The notes below the pieces were generated by a model that made no database searches, was not told the origin of the DNA, and was given only the letters and a program-made list of their open reading frames with translations. A program made the position numbers and the translations under genes. A stretch of DNA of 58,417 nucleotides from Brachybacterium sp. (GTDB lineage: Bacteria > Actinomycetota > Actinomycetes > Actinomycetales > Dermabacteraceae): assembly GCA_032101665.1 (NCBI GenBank), contig DAMDHZ010000003.1:1-58417 (forward strand), written 5' to 3'. Shown one piece after another: positions 20,263 to 29,583 of the stretch; position 1 is the stretch's first letter; the number at the start of each line of letters is the position of its first letter.

Positions 20263-21639
20263 TCAGTGGGACGGCTGGTAGAACGCGTACTTGTTCTCGA
20301 CGGCGGTGAAGTCCGCGGACGCGAGGTCCTTCTCGATGCTCGCCTGAGCCGCCTTCATCGCGTCGTCGGGGCTCTTGCCGTTGAAGAGGATGTCCTGCCA
20401 CATCGTCGTGGCGTTGTCCTCGATGGTCGCGGGCATCGGCCCGGGCCAGATGTAGTGCTCGATGCCGTCGGCGAGCGACGACAGCTGGGGATCGGCCGTG
20501 ATGTCGGCGTCCTCGGCGAGCGGCTTGTACATCGGGAAGACGTGGTAGTTCAGGCAGAGCGCCTTCAGGTTCTCCTCGCTCGTGAGGTAGAACTTCAGGA
20601 AGTCCTGGGCGACCGCCTTGGTGGCGTCGTCGGCGTTCTTGTTGACGCCGAGGGTGGACTCGCCGTTGTAGCGGTCGAAGGCGTACGGCTGCTGTCCCGC
20701 CTCCGGCACGGGCGTGCGGAAGGTGTTGTACTTCGCGTCCGGGAAGTCCTGGGCGAGCGTGCCGCCCAAGTGGGTCCACGAGTAGACCATCGCGGACTGG
20801 CCCTGGCCGAAGGACTCGCCCGAGTCGTTGCCGAAGTCCTTCGAGCCGACCTTGTCGGTGTCGTAGAAGCCCGTGAACATCGCGATCAGGTCGCTCATCG
20901 CGTCCGAGGCGAAGGTCGGGGTCTTCTGATCCTCGGCGAAGAGGTTCTGCCCGTGCTGGTAGGGCAGACCCGGCGTGAAGGCGTTGAACTGGCTGTTGAA
21001 GTTGAAGCCCGCCTGCGTGATCGTGTCGCCCTCGGCGACCGTGAGCTTCGTGGCTACCTCGCGCAGCTGGTCCCATGTCTGGGGGATGTCGGTGTCACTC
21101 AGGCCCGCCTTCTCCCACAGCTCGGTGTTGTAGTAGATGACCCCGCTCATGAGTCCGTAGTCGGTGTAGTAGAGCTTGCCGTCGATGACGTGGGCGTCGG
21201 CGCCCGTGTAATCGGCCGAGAGCTGGTCGAGGTCGACGTCGTACGGCTCGAGGTAGGGGAAGAGGTTGGCGTGGTAGCTGTTGTGGATGTTGAAGATCGC
21301 GGGATTGCCGCCGTCCTTGAGCGCGAGGGGGAGCTTGGTCCAGTAGTCCTCCCAGGGCTGCTTGACGACCTTGATCTTCACGTTGGTGTGGATCGCGGAA
21401 TAGGCCTCGGCGAACTTCCCGAAGATCGTGTCGCCGTCCCACAGCCACCACTCGAGCGTGATCGGCTCGCCGTCGTTGACGAGGTGGTTGGGGTCGTACG
21501 TGAGGGTCTTGCCCTGTACCGGGTGACCGCTCGGCGCGGACTCCATCTTCTCGGGCCCGTCGCTCGAGCACGCCGTGAGAGATGCCGCCCCAGCCAGGCC
21601 GATCGCGGAGGCTGAGAGGAATGAGCGTCGACTGAACAT
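20263..21639 (-). CDS. Sugar ABC solute-binding lipoprotein (Tat signal)
   Basis: SRRSFL twin-arginine motif, LTAC lipobox, IYYNTELWEKAGL, PQTWDQL. Confidence 0.92.
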   Translation of the reverse strand: MFSRRSFLSASAIGLAGAASLTACSSDGPEKMESAPSGHPVQGKTLTYDPNHLVNDGEPITLEWWLWDGDTIFGKFAEAYSAIHTNVKIKVVKQPWEDYWTKLPLALKDGGNPAIFNIHNSYHANLFPYLEPYDVDLDQLSADYTGADAHVIDGKLYYTDYGLMSGVIYYNTELWEKAGLSDTDIPQTWDQLREVATKLTVAEGDTITQAGFNFNSQFNAFTPGLPYQHGQNLFAEDQKTPTFASDAMSDLIAMFTGFYDTDKVGSKDFGNDSGESFGQGQSAMVYSWTHLGGTLAQDFPDAKYNTFRTPVPEAGQQPYAFDRYNGESTLGVNKNADDATKAVAQDFLKFYLTSEENLKALCLNYHVFPMYKPLAEDADITADPQLSSLADGIEHYIWPGPMPATIEDNATTMWQDILFNGKSPDDAMKAAQASIEKDLASADFTAVENKYAFYQPSH

Positions 21640-21716
21640 GATCCACCGTCCTTGCCAGAGAGTTCAGTGCCCGGGGACACCAGGCTGGTCCAGCGTCCGC
21701 CATCCCGAGTGGCGAG

Positions 21717-21730
21717 GTTTAACGCTAAAC
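21717..21730. promoter_or_regulatory. Putative LacI-family operator
   Basis: Near-perfect palindrome GTTTAACGCTAAAC with central CG, between the divergent SBP and lacI-type genes. Confidence 0.7.
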
Positions 21731-21799
21731 TGAAGGTAACGTAGCCCAAACGGTGACGATGCACAAGAAATCGGCGCCTACTCGCTCGAGGAGGCCCGG

Positions 21800-22873
21800 A
21801 TGACGACGCTCGCCGATGTCGCGAAGGCCGCCGGCGTCAGCACGATGACCGTCTCGAACGTGCTCGCGGGACGCTCGAGCAAGGTCTCGGCGACGACCGC
21901 CGAGCGCGTGCTCGAGGCGATCGCTGCCACCGGGTACATCCCCAGCGGTGCCGCCCGGTCGCTCTCCGGCCGCCACTCCCGCATCGTCGCGCTCGTGATC
22001 AACGGCCACGGCGAGGTCATGACCTCCACGCACGACGCCCGCTACGTCGGCGAGCTCGCCCTCGCGCTCCAGAACCGCGGGTACTTCTCGATGCTCGTGA
22101 CCGCGACGGACCTCGGTGAGACCGTCGCGAGCCTGAAGTCCTGGAACGTCGACGGGGCGATCCTCATCAACACGATGGCGATGGAGATCGACGAGCTCCG
22201 CGAGGCGCACGACGTGCCCATGCTGTTCTCGGACAACTATTCCGATGATCCGACGATCCTGACGGTGCGCGCGGACGACGCGGCCGGCGGCAGGCTCGCG
22301 GCCGAGCACTTCTTGGAGCGAGGACACCGTGAGGCCGCGTTCATCGGCCCGGTGCACCACAGCGTGAGCGTCGATGACGAGCGCTGGCGCGGGTTCCGGG
22401 GCCCCTTCGAGCGGGTGGGCCTTCCCACGCCCGACGCGATCCAGGTCGCGACGACGAACGTGGCCTCGGGGATCGCGCTCGCCGAGCAGCTCGTCCGGGA
22501 GCAGGCGGTCCCCACCGCCGCCCTGTGCTCGGCCGATGACCTGGCTGCCGGCTTCCTGATCGGGCTGACGAGAGCGGGCATCCGAGTCCCGGAGGACGTG
22601 TCGCTCATCGGCTACGACGGCTTCGACATCAGCCGGGTGACGGCGCCTGGCCTCACCACGATCTCCCAGGACATCGGGGCCAAGGCCGCACGGAGCGTCG
22701 ATTCCCTGCTCGCGGCCATCACCGGTACCGACGAGCCGGACGATGCCCCACCGCTCGCTGTCTCGCTCGTGCAGCGCGAGTCCGTGCGCCGCGTCGGTCC
22801 GCCGGTTGGCGCCGGTGGGGATGCCGTGCTGAGGACGGCGGGTGGCGGAGGTCCCGGGCCGAGCGCCGCCTGA
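21800..22873 (+). CDS. LacI-family transcriptional regulator
   Basis: TLADVAKAAGVSTMTVSNV HTH and VPEDVSLIGYDG. Confidence 0.95.
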   Translation: MTTLADVAKAAGVSTMTVSNVLAGRSSKVSATTAERVLEAIAATGYIPSGAARSLSGRHSRIVALVINGHGEVMTSTHDARYVGELALALQNRGYFSMLVTATDLGETVASLKSWNVDGAILINTMAMEIDELREAHDVPMLFSDNYSDDPTILTVRADDAAGGRLAAEHFLERGHREAAFIGPVHHSVSVDDERWRGFRGPFERVGLPTPDAIQVATTNVASGIALAEQLVREQAVPTAALCSADDLAAGFLIGLTRAGIRVPEDVSLIGYDGFDISRVTAPGLTTISQDIGAKAARSVDSLLAAITGTDEPDDAPPLAVSLVQRESVRRVGPPVGAGGDAVLRTAGGGGPGPSAA

Positions 22874-22976
22874 CGGCACCTTCCGGCGGAATAGGTGCCG
22901 TGGGCCGACGCTCGGCCGGTTCGGCGGCCAGGAAATCCATGCGACGCCGCCGTGCCCACGGTCTACCGTGGTGCCA

Positions 22977-23480
22977 ATGAGACCGCTCAGCGAGGATCAG
23001 ATCCGCGACTCGTTCATCAACACCACGGTTCGTGAGACGCGCCAGGTCACGGTGCCCGACCTCGACACCGTGCACTGGGACGACATCGAGTACCTCGGCT
23101 GGCGCGACCCCAAGCGCGAGCTGCTCGCCTACGTCGTCCTCGAGCTCGACGACGAGGTCGTCGGCATCATGCTGCGCACCCAGCCGCCCAGCCCCCACCG
23201 CCGCAAGATGATGTGCGCCTGGTGCCAGGACGTCACGATCGCCGATCCCGCCGTGCTCTACGTGGCACGCCGGGCAGGGGCGCCCGGCCGCAAGGGCGGC
23301 ACCATCGGCACCGCGATCTGCGCGGCCTTCCGCTGCTCGGCCACCGTGCGCCGGGCGCCGTCGCTCACCGAGATGAGCGGCGGCTCCGAGGAGGAGAAGC
23401 AGTACTGGATCGACCTGCGGATCCAGGAGCTGCGAGACCGCTCGTCATCGTTCGTGCGGGAGGTCGCGCGAACGGCGTGA
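22977..23480 (+). CDS. FBP-domain protein (FusB/FusC C-terminal Zn-finger-like)
   Basis: IRDSFIN, YLGWRDP, MCAWC, GTIGTAICAAFRCS. Confidence 0.8.
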   Translation: MRPLSEDQIRDSFINTTVRETRQVTVPDLDTVHWDDIEYLGWRDPKRELLAYVVLELDDEVVGIMLRTQPPSPHRRKMMCAWCQDVTIADPAVLYVARRAGAPGRKGGTIGTAICAAFRCSATVRRAPSLTEMSGGSEEEKQYWIDLRIQELRDRSSSFVREVARTA

Positions 23481-23498
23481 TGGGGTCTCCCGCTCGCC

Positions 23499-26039
23499 TC
23501 AACCCCGGTCGAGGTGCCGCGCGAGATAGGTGCCGGTCGAGGACTCCGTCGCGGCGCTCACCTGCTCGGGCGTGCCCGTGGCGACGATCCGGCCCCCTGC
23601 CTCGCCACCGCCCGGTCCCATGTCGATGATCCAGTCGGCGTCGGCGATCATGTCGAGGTCGTGCTCGATGACGACGACGGTCGCGCCGTGCTCGACGAGA
23701 CGGTCGAGCACGCGCAGCAGGGTGCGCACGTCGAGCGGGTGCAGCCCCACGCTGGGCTCGTCGAACACGAACACGGAGTCGGTCTGCGTGCGATCGACCT
23801 GGCCGGCGAGCTTGAGCCGCTGGGCCTCCCCGCCCGAGAGCGCGGGCGTGTCCTCGCCGAGCGTCAGATATCCCAGCCCGAGGTCGGTGAGGGTCGTGAG
23901 CCGGCGACGCACGGGCGGGATGTCGCCCACCAGGTCGATCGCCTCGCTCACGGTCGTGCCCATCAGCTCGGGCAGGGAGACGGCGCGATCTCCCGCGTCG
24001 TCGCCCTCCGCCGATCGTCCCGGGACAGCGCGGCGGATCTCGTCGGCCTCGGGCGCATAGCGTCGGCCGTCGCACTCGGGGCAGTCGATGTCGATGTCGG
24101 GCAGGAACTGCACGTCGAGCGATACGCGCCCCGTCCCCTCGCAGCGGGGACAGCGCAGCGAGCCGGTGTTGTAGGAGAAGTCGCCGAGCGTCAGCCCGCG
24201 CGCGGCGGCCTCGTCGGTGCGGGCGAAGGCGCGTCGCAGGTCATCGAGGACGCCCGAGTAGGTGGCCACGGTCGAGCGTACGTTGACGCCGATCGGGGTC
24301 GCGTCGATCTGGTGGATCCGGGCGATGCCGTCGGCCTCGAGCGACCTCACGTGCGCGGACAGGGCTCGGTCCTCGACGGCGGCGCGGACCGCCGGGACGA
24401 GGGACTCGAGCACCATCGTGGTCTTGCCCGAGCCGGACACCCCGGTCACCGCGGTCAGCCGCCCGCGCGGGATCTCCACGTCGAGCTCGCGGACCGTGTG
24501 CAGCGGCGCGGTGCGGAGCCGGATCGCGCCGGAGGCGAACACGGCGTCGGCCTCCGCGCGATGACGCGCCGCGACCCGCTCGGTCCCCGACAGGAACGGC
24601 CCGAGTCGCGAAGCCGGGTCGGCCGTGACCTGCGCGACCTCCCCTTGGGCGATCACGGTGCCACCGTCGCGGCCGGAACCGGGGCCGATCTCGATCAGGT
24701 GGTCGGCCTCGCGGAGCGCCTGCACATCGTGATCCACGAGCAGTACGGAGTTGCCGTCGCCCAGCAGATCGCCCACGAGCTCGAGCAGGCCGTCGATGTT
24801 GGAGGGGTGCAGGCCGATGCTCGGCTCGTCGAGCACGTACAGCACGCCCGTCGTGCGGTTGCGCACGGCCCGCGCGAGCTGGACGCGCTGCCGTTCGCCG
24901 GTCGAGAGCGTCGAGCCGGCGCGGTCGAGGCTCAGGTACCCGAGCCCGAGGTGCACGAGGCGCGCGGCCATCTGGGTGAACTGATCGACGAGCCCGCGGG
25001 CCATCGGGTGCATGGCGCGGGGCAGGGGGTCGGTGATCGTCCGCGCCCACGCGATCGCGTCGTCGAGGGTCTTGGCCGTCGCGTCCGCGAGGGTGATCCC
25101 GTCGATCTCGGGGAGGCGCGCAGCCTCCGACAGGCGGCTGCCATGGCAGTCGGGGCACGTGCGCTCGCTCAGGAAACGGCTCACGCGGGCGAGGCGCTTC
25201 TCGTCCTTGGCGCGCCGCAGCTCCTCGGTCACGGTCAGACGGGCGTTGCGGAACGTGAAGTCGAGATCGTGCACGCCCTTCTTCGACGTGACGGTGATGT
25301 GCCTCTTCTCGGCCGGGCCGTCGAGCACGATCCGGCGCTCGTCGTCGGTCAGATCGCGCCACGGCACGTCGGTGCGCACGCCGAACTCGCGCGCGATGTC
25401 GGGCTGCACGTTGAAGCCGAACATGTTCCAGGGCACGACGGCGCCGTCGTCGAGGGTCTTGGAGGGGTCGGGGACGAGCGAGGCGTCGTCGACGTCGCGC
25501 ACGATCCCCGTGCCCTCGCACGTGGGGCACGCACCCTCGGAGTTGAAGGCGAGCGCCTCGGCTCCGGGGGCGCGCACCTCGGCCCCGCACGTCGGGCACG
25601 CGAACGGCACCTCCGCGGCGACGTCGATCGTGGGCGGCACCCGGTGGTCGTTCGGGCACACGTGCGAGGCCAGGCGCGAGAACATCAGCCGCAGCACGTT
25701 CAGCAGTTCCGTCGAGGTGCCGAAGGTCGAGCGCACGCCGGGTACCCCCGGCCGCTGGCGCAGCGCGAGCGCGGCGGGCACGTGGGTCACGGCGTCCACG
25801 TCGGCGCGCGGCGCCTGGGCCATCCGCCGTCGGGTGTACGTCGACAGGGCCTCGACGTAGCGGCGCGACCCCTCCGCGTACAGCACTCCCATCGCGAGCG
25901 AGGACTTGCCCGACCCGGACACGCCGGCGATCCCGACCAGGCGGTTCAGGGGGACATCGACGTCGATGTCCCGCAGGTTGTGCACGCGGGCGCCGCGCAC
26001 GGACACATGATCGGGCTGGGGGCGGTCGGCGGGAGGCAC
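23499..26039 (-). CDS. UvrA paralogue (class II, UvrA2/DrrC-like ABC ATPase)
   Basis: GARVHNL, two GVSGSGK Walker A motifs, LSTGERQR and LSGGEAQR signatures, Zn fingers, IIDMGPGGG. About 846 aa, shorter than canonical UvrA. Confidence 0.9.
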   Translation of the reverse strand: MPPADRPQPDHVSVRGARVHNLRDIDVDVPLNRLVGIAGVSGSGKSSLAMGVLYAEGSRRYVEALSTYTRRRMAQAPRADVDAVTHVPAALALRQRPGVPGVRSTFGTSTELLNVLRLMFSRLASHVCPNDHRVPPTIDVAAEVPFACPTCGAEVRAPGAEALAFNSEGACPTCEGTGIVRDVDDASLVPDPSKTLDDGAVVPWNMFGFNVQPDIAREFGVRTDVPWRDLTDDERRIVLDGPAEKRHITVTSKKGVHDLDFTFRNARLTVTEELRRAKDEKRLARVSRFLSERTCPDCHGSRLSEAARLPEIDGITLADATAKTLDDAIAWARTITDPLPRAMHPMARGLVDQFTQMAARLVHLGLGYLSLDRAGSTLSTGERQRVQLARAVRNRTTGVLYVLDEPSIGLHPSNIDGLLELVGDLLGDGNSVLLVDHDVQALREADHLIEIGPGSGRDGGTVIAQGEVAQVTADPASRLGPFLSGTERVAARHRAEADAVFASGAIRLRTAPLHTVRELDVEIPRGRLTAVTGVSGSGKTTMVLESLVPAVRAAVEDRALSAHVRSLEADGIARIHQIDATPIGVNVRSTVATYSGVLDDLRRAFARTDEAAARGLTLGDFSYNTGSLRCPRCEGTGRVSLDVQFLPDIDIDCPECDGRRYAPEADEIRRAVPGRSAEGDDAGDRAVSLPELMGTTVSEAIDLVGDIPPVRRRLTTLTDLGLGYLTLGEDTPALSGGEAQRLKLAGQVDRTQTDSVFVFDEPSVGLHPLDVRTLLRVLDRLVEHGATVVVIEHDLDMIADADWIIDMGPGGGEAGGRIVATGTPEQVSAATESSTGTYLARHLDRG

Positions 26040-26093
26040 GCGCCCACCGTAGCCCGCGGGCATGACAGCCGACGGCGGACGCCGGGCGCCACC

Positions 26094-27608
26094 TCAGGTC
26101 CCGCAGAAGGTGACGAAGGGGGCGTCGGGCTCCGCACCGGCCTCTTCGAGGTCCTCGAACCCCTCGCGGCGGGTGAAGGGCGCGGTCACGGCATCGAGCA
26201 GGCGCTCGTACGGGGCCAGGTCACCGAGCTCGGCAGCCCGCAGGGCGCTCTCGAGATGGTGGTTGCGGGGGATGTAGACGGGGTTGGCGGCGGCCATGCG
26301 GGTGCGGGCGCTCGCGGCCTCCTCCCCGCCGCCGAGAAGGCGAGCACGACGCTCCGACCACGCGGCGAAGGCGTCACGGGCCTCGTCGCTCTCGAACAGC
26401 TCGGACGCCTGGTCCTCGGTGAGCGCACGGAAGAAGCCGGTGTAGTCGACACGGTGGCGCTCGAGCAGGCGCAGGGTGTCCTCGGCGAGCGAGCGGACCG
26501 GCGCGAGGGCCTCGATCGTGTCGGCGCCGCTCGCGAGCGGCACGCCGAGGCGCGCGGCCATCAGGAGGGTCCACGTGCGCACGTAGGTCGGCTCGAAGTC
26601 GCCGAGCACCTCGGTCGCGGCCGCGACGGCCGTCTCCGGGTCCTCGTCGACGATGGGCAGGAGCGCCTCGGCGAAGCGAGTGAGGTTCCACAGCGCGATC
26701 GCCCCCTGGCGGCCGTACGCGTACCGGCCCTGGACGTCGATCGAGCTGAAGCACGCCGAGGTCGAGAAGACGTCGAGGAAGGCGCACGGCCCGTAGTCGA
26801 TCGTCTCCCCGGAGATCGTCATGTTGTCGGTGTTCATCACCCCGTGCACGAAGCCGACGCTCATCCAGCGGGCCACCAGCTCGGCCTGCGCCCGCGTCAC
26901 GCAGCGCAGCAGGGCCAGGGGGCCGTTCGCCTCCTCGCGCGCCCGGGGCCAGTGCCGGTCGATCGCCCAGCGGGTCAGGGAGCGCAGCAGGTCGGGGCCG
27001 CCGTGCCACGCGGCGTACTCGAAGGTGCCCACCCGCACATGGCTCGCGGCGACGCGCGCGAGCATCGCGCCGCGTTCGGGCACGGGGCCGCGGCGGAACA
27101 CGGCCGCACCCGTCGTCGTCACCGCGAGGGCGCGGGTGGTCGGGATCCCGAGGGCGTGCATGGCCTCGCCCACGAGGTGCTCGCGGAGCATGGGGCCGAG
27201 CGGCGCCCGGCCGTCACCGGCCCGCGCGAACGGCGTCGGCCCCGATCCCTTGAGGTGCAGATCCCACGTCCGTCCGCGCGTGTCGACGAGGTCACCGAGC
27301 AGCACGGCGCGCCCGTCGCCCAGCTGCGGGTTCGCCTGGCCGAACTGATGACCCGCATACGCCTGAGCGGTCGTGAAGGAGTGGGGCGCGGAGCCGTCGC
27401 CGGGGCGGCCGTCGGCGTCGAGGCGGCCGGTGAGCAGCGCGATCCCCTCGGGCCCGCGCAGCCAGGCGGGGTCGTAGCCGAGCTCGCGGGCGAGCTCCTC
27501 GTTGAGCACGACGAGACGCGGGTCCGGCGATGCCTCGGCGCTGTGTGGGATCGACAGCTCGGGGATCGCGGCGGCATAGCTCTGATGAAGGCGGGGGATC
27601 GCGGTCAT
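26094..27608 (-). CDS. selO: Protein adenylyltransferase SelO/YdiU
   Basis: AQAYAGHQFG, LGDGRA, LKGSGPTPF, GDGRA, HGVMNTDN, IDYGP, NPVYIPRN, C-terminal TFCGT. Confidence 0.93.
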   Translation of the reverse strand: MTAIPRLHQSYAAAIPELSIPHSAEASPDPRLVVLNEELARELGYDPAWLRGPEGIALLTGRLDADGRPGDGSAPHSFTTAQAYAGHQFGQANPQLGDGRAVLLGDLVDTRGRTWDLHLKGSGPTPFARAGDGRAPLGPMLREHLVGEAMHALGIPTTRALAVTTTGAAVFRRGPVPERGAMLARVAASHVRVGTFEYAAWHGGPDLLRSLTRWAIDRHWPRAREEANGPLALLRCVTRAQAELVARWMSVGFVHGVMNTDNMTISGETIDYGPCAFLDVFSTSACFSSIDVQGRYAYGRQGAIALWNLTRFAEALLPIVDEDPETAVAAATEVLGDFEPTYVRTWTLLMAARLGVPLASGADTIEALAPVRSLAEDTLRLLERHRVDYTGFFRALTEDQASELFESDEARDAFAAWSERRARLLGGGEEAASARTRMAAANPVYIPRNHHLESALRAAELGDLAPYERLLDAVTAPFTRREGFEDLEEAGAEPDAPFVTFCGT

Positions 27609-27696
27609 CTGCCCTCCTCTCGTCCGGCGTCGACTGCCCTCTACGCTACCGGGCGCCTCCAGTGCCGCCCCAGCGCCCCGTGTCACCATCGTCGGC

Positions 27697-28407
27697 GTGA
27701 GACTCGAGACCCTGCGCCATGTGATCTGGGAGCGCGTCGCGCCGACGGCCGATCCCGCGGCCGGCTGGTGGACGCTGCTCGCCGTCGCGGTCGCCCTCGT
27801 CCTCGTGGTCCTGCCCATCGCCTGGCGGCCGGCGCGGCTCGCGGTCACGATCGTGCACGAGCTGGGACATGCCCTCGTGGGCGTCCTGGTCGGTCGGCGC
27901 TTCACCGGCTTCGTCGTGAGCGCCGACATGTCGGGCCACGCGGTCACGGTGGGACGCAGCCGCGGATTCGGGCGCCTCGTGTCGACGTGGGCGGGGTACC
28001 CCGCACCCGCGATCGTGGGCGCGGTGCTGACGCACATCGCCTTCGGGGGCTTCTCCCGCACGACGCTGTTCGTCGCCCTCGTGGTCCTGGTCGGATCACT
28101 CGTCTTCGTGCGCTCGGCCCACACGCTCGCGACGGTGCTCGTCGCCGCCGCGGGAATCGGCGCCCTGTGGTGGTGGGGGAGCGCGGCGCTCGCCGCGGCC
28201 GTCGTGCTCGGTGCGGGCGTGTTCCTGCTGCTGGGCGCGTGGCGTCACCTCGGCGCCGTCATGACCCATGGGCGGCGCCAGGACGATCCGCAGCAGCTCG
28301 CCCAGCTGACCGGTGTGCCCACGGCCGTGTGGATCGCAAGTCACGTGCTCGTGCTCGCCGCGTGCACGTGCTGGGGGTGGCGGGCACTCGCCCCGCACCT
28401 GCTGTGA
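27697..28407 (+). CDS. M50B-like membrane metallopeptidase
   Basis: HELGH zinc motif, AGYPAP, multiple TM segments, DDPQQLA. Confidence 0.85.
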   Translation: MRLETLRHVIWERVAPTADPAAGWWTLLAVAVALVLVVLPIAWRPARLAVTIVHELGHALVGVLVGRRFTGFVVSADMSGHAVTVGRSRGFGRLVSTWAGYPAPAIVGAVLTHIAFGGFSRTTLFVALVVLVGSLVFVRSAHTLATVLVAAAGIGALWWWGSAALAAAVVLGAGVFLLLGAWRHLGAVMTHGRRQDDPQQLAQLTGVPTAVWIASHVLVLAACTCWGWRALAPHLL

Positions 28408-28439
28408 GCGGCACGGGGCGACGGGGCAGGCGGAGCGGC

Positions 28440-28760
28440 TCAGGCCTCCGGGGCGGACCCGGCCTCGGCGATCTGCCGCGCGCGGGCCTCCAGGAGATGT
28501 GTCGCGATCGACGACGCCCGGTCGGCGTCGACGGCGCCGTCGGCGAGCAGCATCACCTCGGCCGCGACCTCGATCTCGTCGTCCTCGCCGGCGACGATGA
28601 ACGCCCAGGCGCCGTCACGGACCGGCTGCTCGTGCGCCGCATCGATCAGCCGCGAGGGGATCTGCAGACCCTCGGGCTGAGCGCCGGGCACGCGGGGTGC
28701 GTCGTCGCGGTCGTCGGCGGGGTGGGAGTCGTGGGCACTCGGCGTCTCGAAGCTCGTCAT
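28440..28760 (-). CDS. Small hypothetical protein
   Basis: GC3-biased ORF filling the gap, with a TACTGT -10 element 6 nt upstream of ATG 28760. Confidence 0.55.
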   Translation of the reverse strand: MTSFETPSAHDSHPADDRDDAPRVPGAQPEGLQIPSRLIDAAHEQPVRDGAWAFIVAGEDDEIEVAAEVMLLADGAVDADRASSIATHLLEARARQIAEAGSAPEA

Positions 28761-28840
28761 ACCCCCACAGTAAGGTGGCGGGCGCCTGCGCGTCACACCG
28801 TCGCGACGGGCCCGCGACCCGCCTGTGTGCAAGGAGACCC

Positions 28841-29311
28841 ATGCCCGACGTGAAGCTCGCCGTGGGGGACCGCGCCCCCGACTTCGACCTGCCGGCCGCG
28901 GGCGGTGGCCGCATCGCGCTCCGGGACCTGCGCGGCGCGCCGGCCGTGATCTGGTTCTACCCCGCGGCGGGCACGAGCCTGTGCACGAAGCAGGCGTGCG
29001 GGCTGCGCGACGACTACGCGCTGTTCGCCGACGCCGGCTACCGCATCCTGGGGATCTCCCCGGATCCCGTGCCCGCCCTCGAACGGTTCATCGCCGATGA
29101 GCGCCTGCCCTACGACCTCGCCTCCGACACCTCCCACGAGACGATGGCCGCGTACGGTGCGTGGGGCACCAAGAACATGTACGGCCGGCTCGTCGAGGGC
29201 ACGATCCGCTCGACCGTCGCGATCGACGCCGACGGCGTCCTCACCCTCGTGAAGCACCGCGTGGGCACGCCCACCCACATCGCCCTGCTGCGCGACCGCC
29301 TGGGGCTGTGA
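28841..29311 (+). CDS. bcp: Peroxiredoxin Bcp/PrxQ
   Basis: GDRAPDF, FYPAAGTSLCTKQAC (PxxxTxxC..C), GISPD, YGAWG. AGGAG RBS. Confidence 0.9.
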   Translation: MPDVKLAVGDRAPDFDLPAAGGGRIALRDLRGAPAVIWFYPAAGTSLCTKQACGLRDDYALFADAGYRILGISPDPVPALERFIADERLPYDLASDTSHETMAAYGAWGTKNMYGRLVEGTIRSTVAIDADGVLTLVKHRVGTPTHIALLRDRLGL

Positions 29312-29386
29312 GACGCGCGGACGGGGCGGTCGGGCGGCGCCGCGCACGCGTGCGTGATGTGCTCGCGTGACCTCCGTCCGATCCTT

Positions 29387-29415
29387 TTGTGCGACCCGGC
29401 GCCCTCCGGTAGTGT
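29387..29415 (+). promoter_or_regulatory. Putative sigma-A promoter of tRNA-Ser(GCT)
   Basis: TTGTGC-17 nt-TAGTGT. Confidence 0.5.
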
Positions 29416-29471
29416 GGCCGCCGTTGCGCCCGCGCGAGTGTCGGCGCAGCACACCATGCGCATGCGCATGA

Positions 29472-29560
29472 GGAGACGTGGCAGAGCGGCCGAATGCGCT
29501 CCCCTGCTAAGGGAGTAGGCGACCAAAATCGCCTCGGAGGTTCAAATCCTCTCGTCTCCG
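29472..29560 (+). tRNA. tRNA-Ser(GCT)
   Basis: GGAGACG/CGTCTCC acceptor stem, CTCCC-CTGCTAA-GGGAG anticodon arm, long variable arm, GGTTCAAATCC. CCA not encoded. Confidence 0.96.
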
Positions 29561-29583
29561 CGTCGCTCTGAGCCGCGGCCCCG

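Noticed and set aside
26094..26110. Possible selenocysteine read-through at the SelO TGA
   Set aside because: The C-terminal TFCGT already has Cys at the position equivalent to Sec in eukaryotic SelO, so TGA is the ordinary stop.
23514..28853. 1779-aa plus-strand ORF
   Set aside because: Antisense shadow of uvrA2 and selO and off-frame over M50B. It has no motifs, and long open frames are expected at this GC content.
6368..29560. serS near two tRNA-Ser genes as a novel serine module
   Set aside because: A pheA-serS-HAD neighbourhood with tRNA-Ser/Arg genes is ordinary actinobacterial core gene order.
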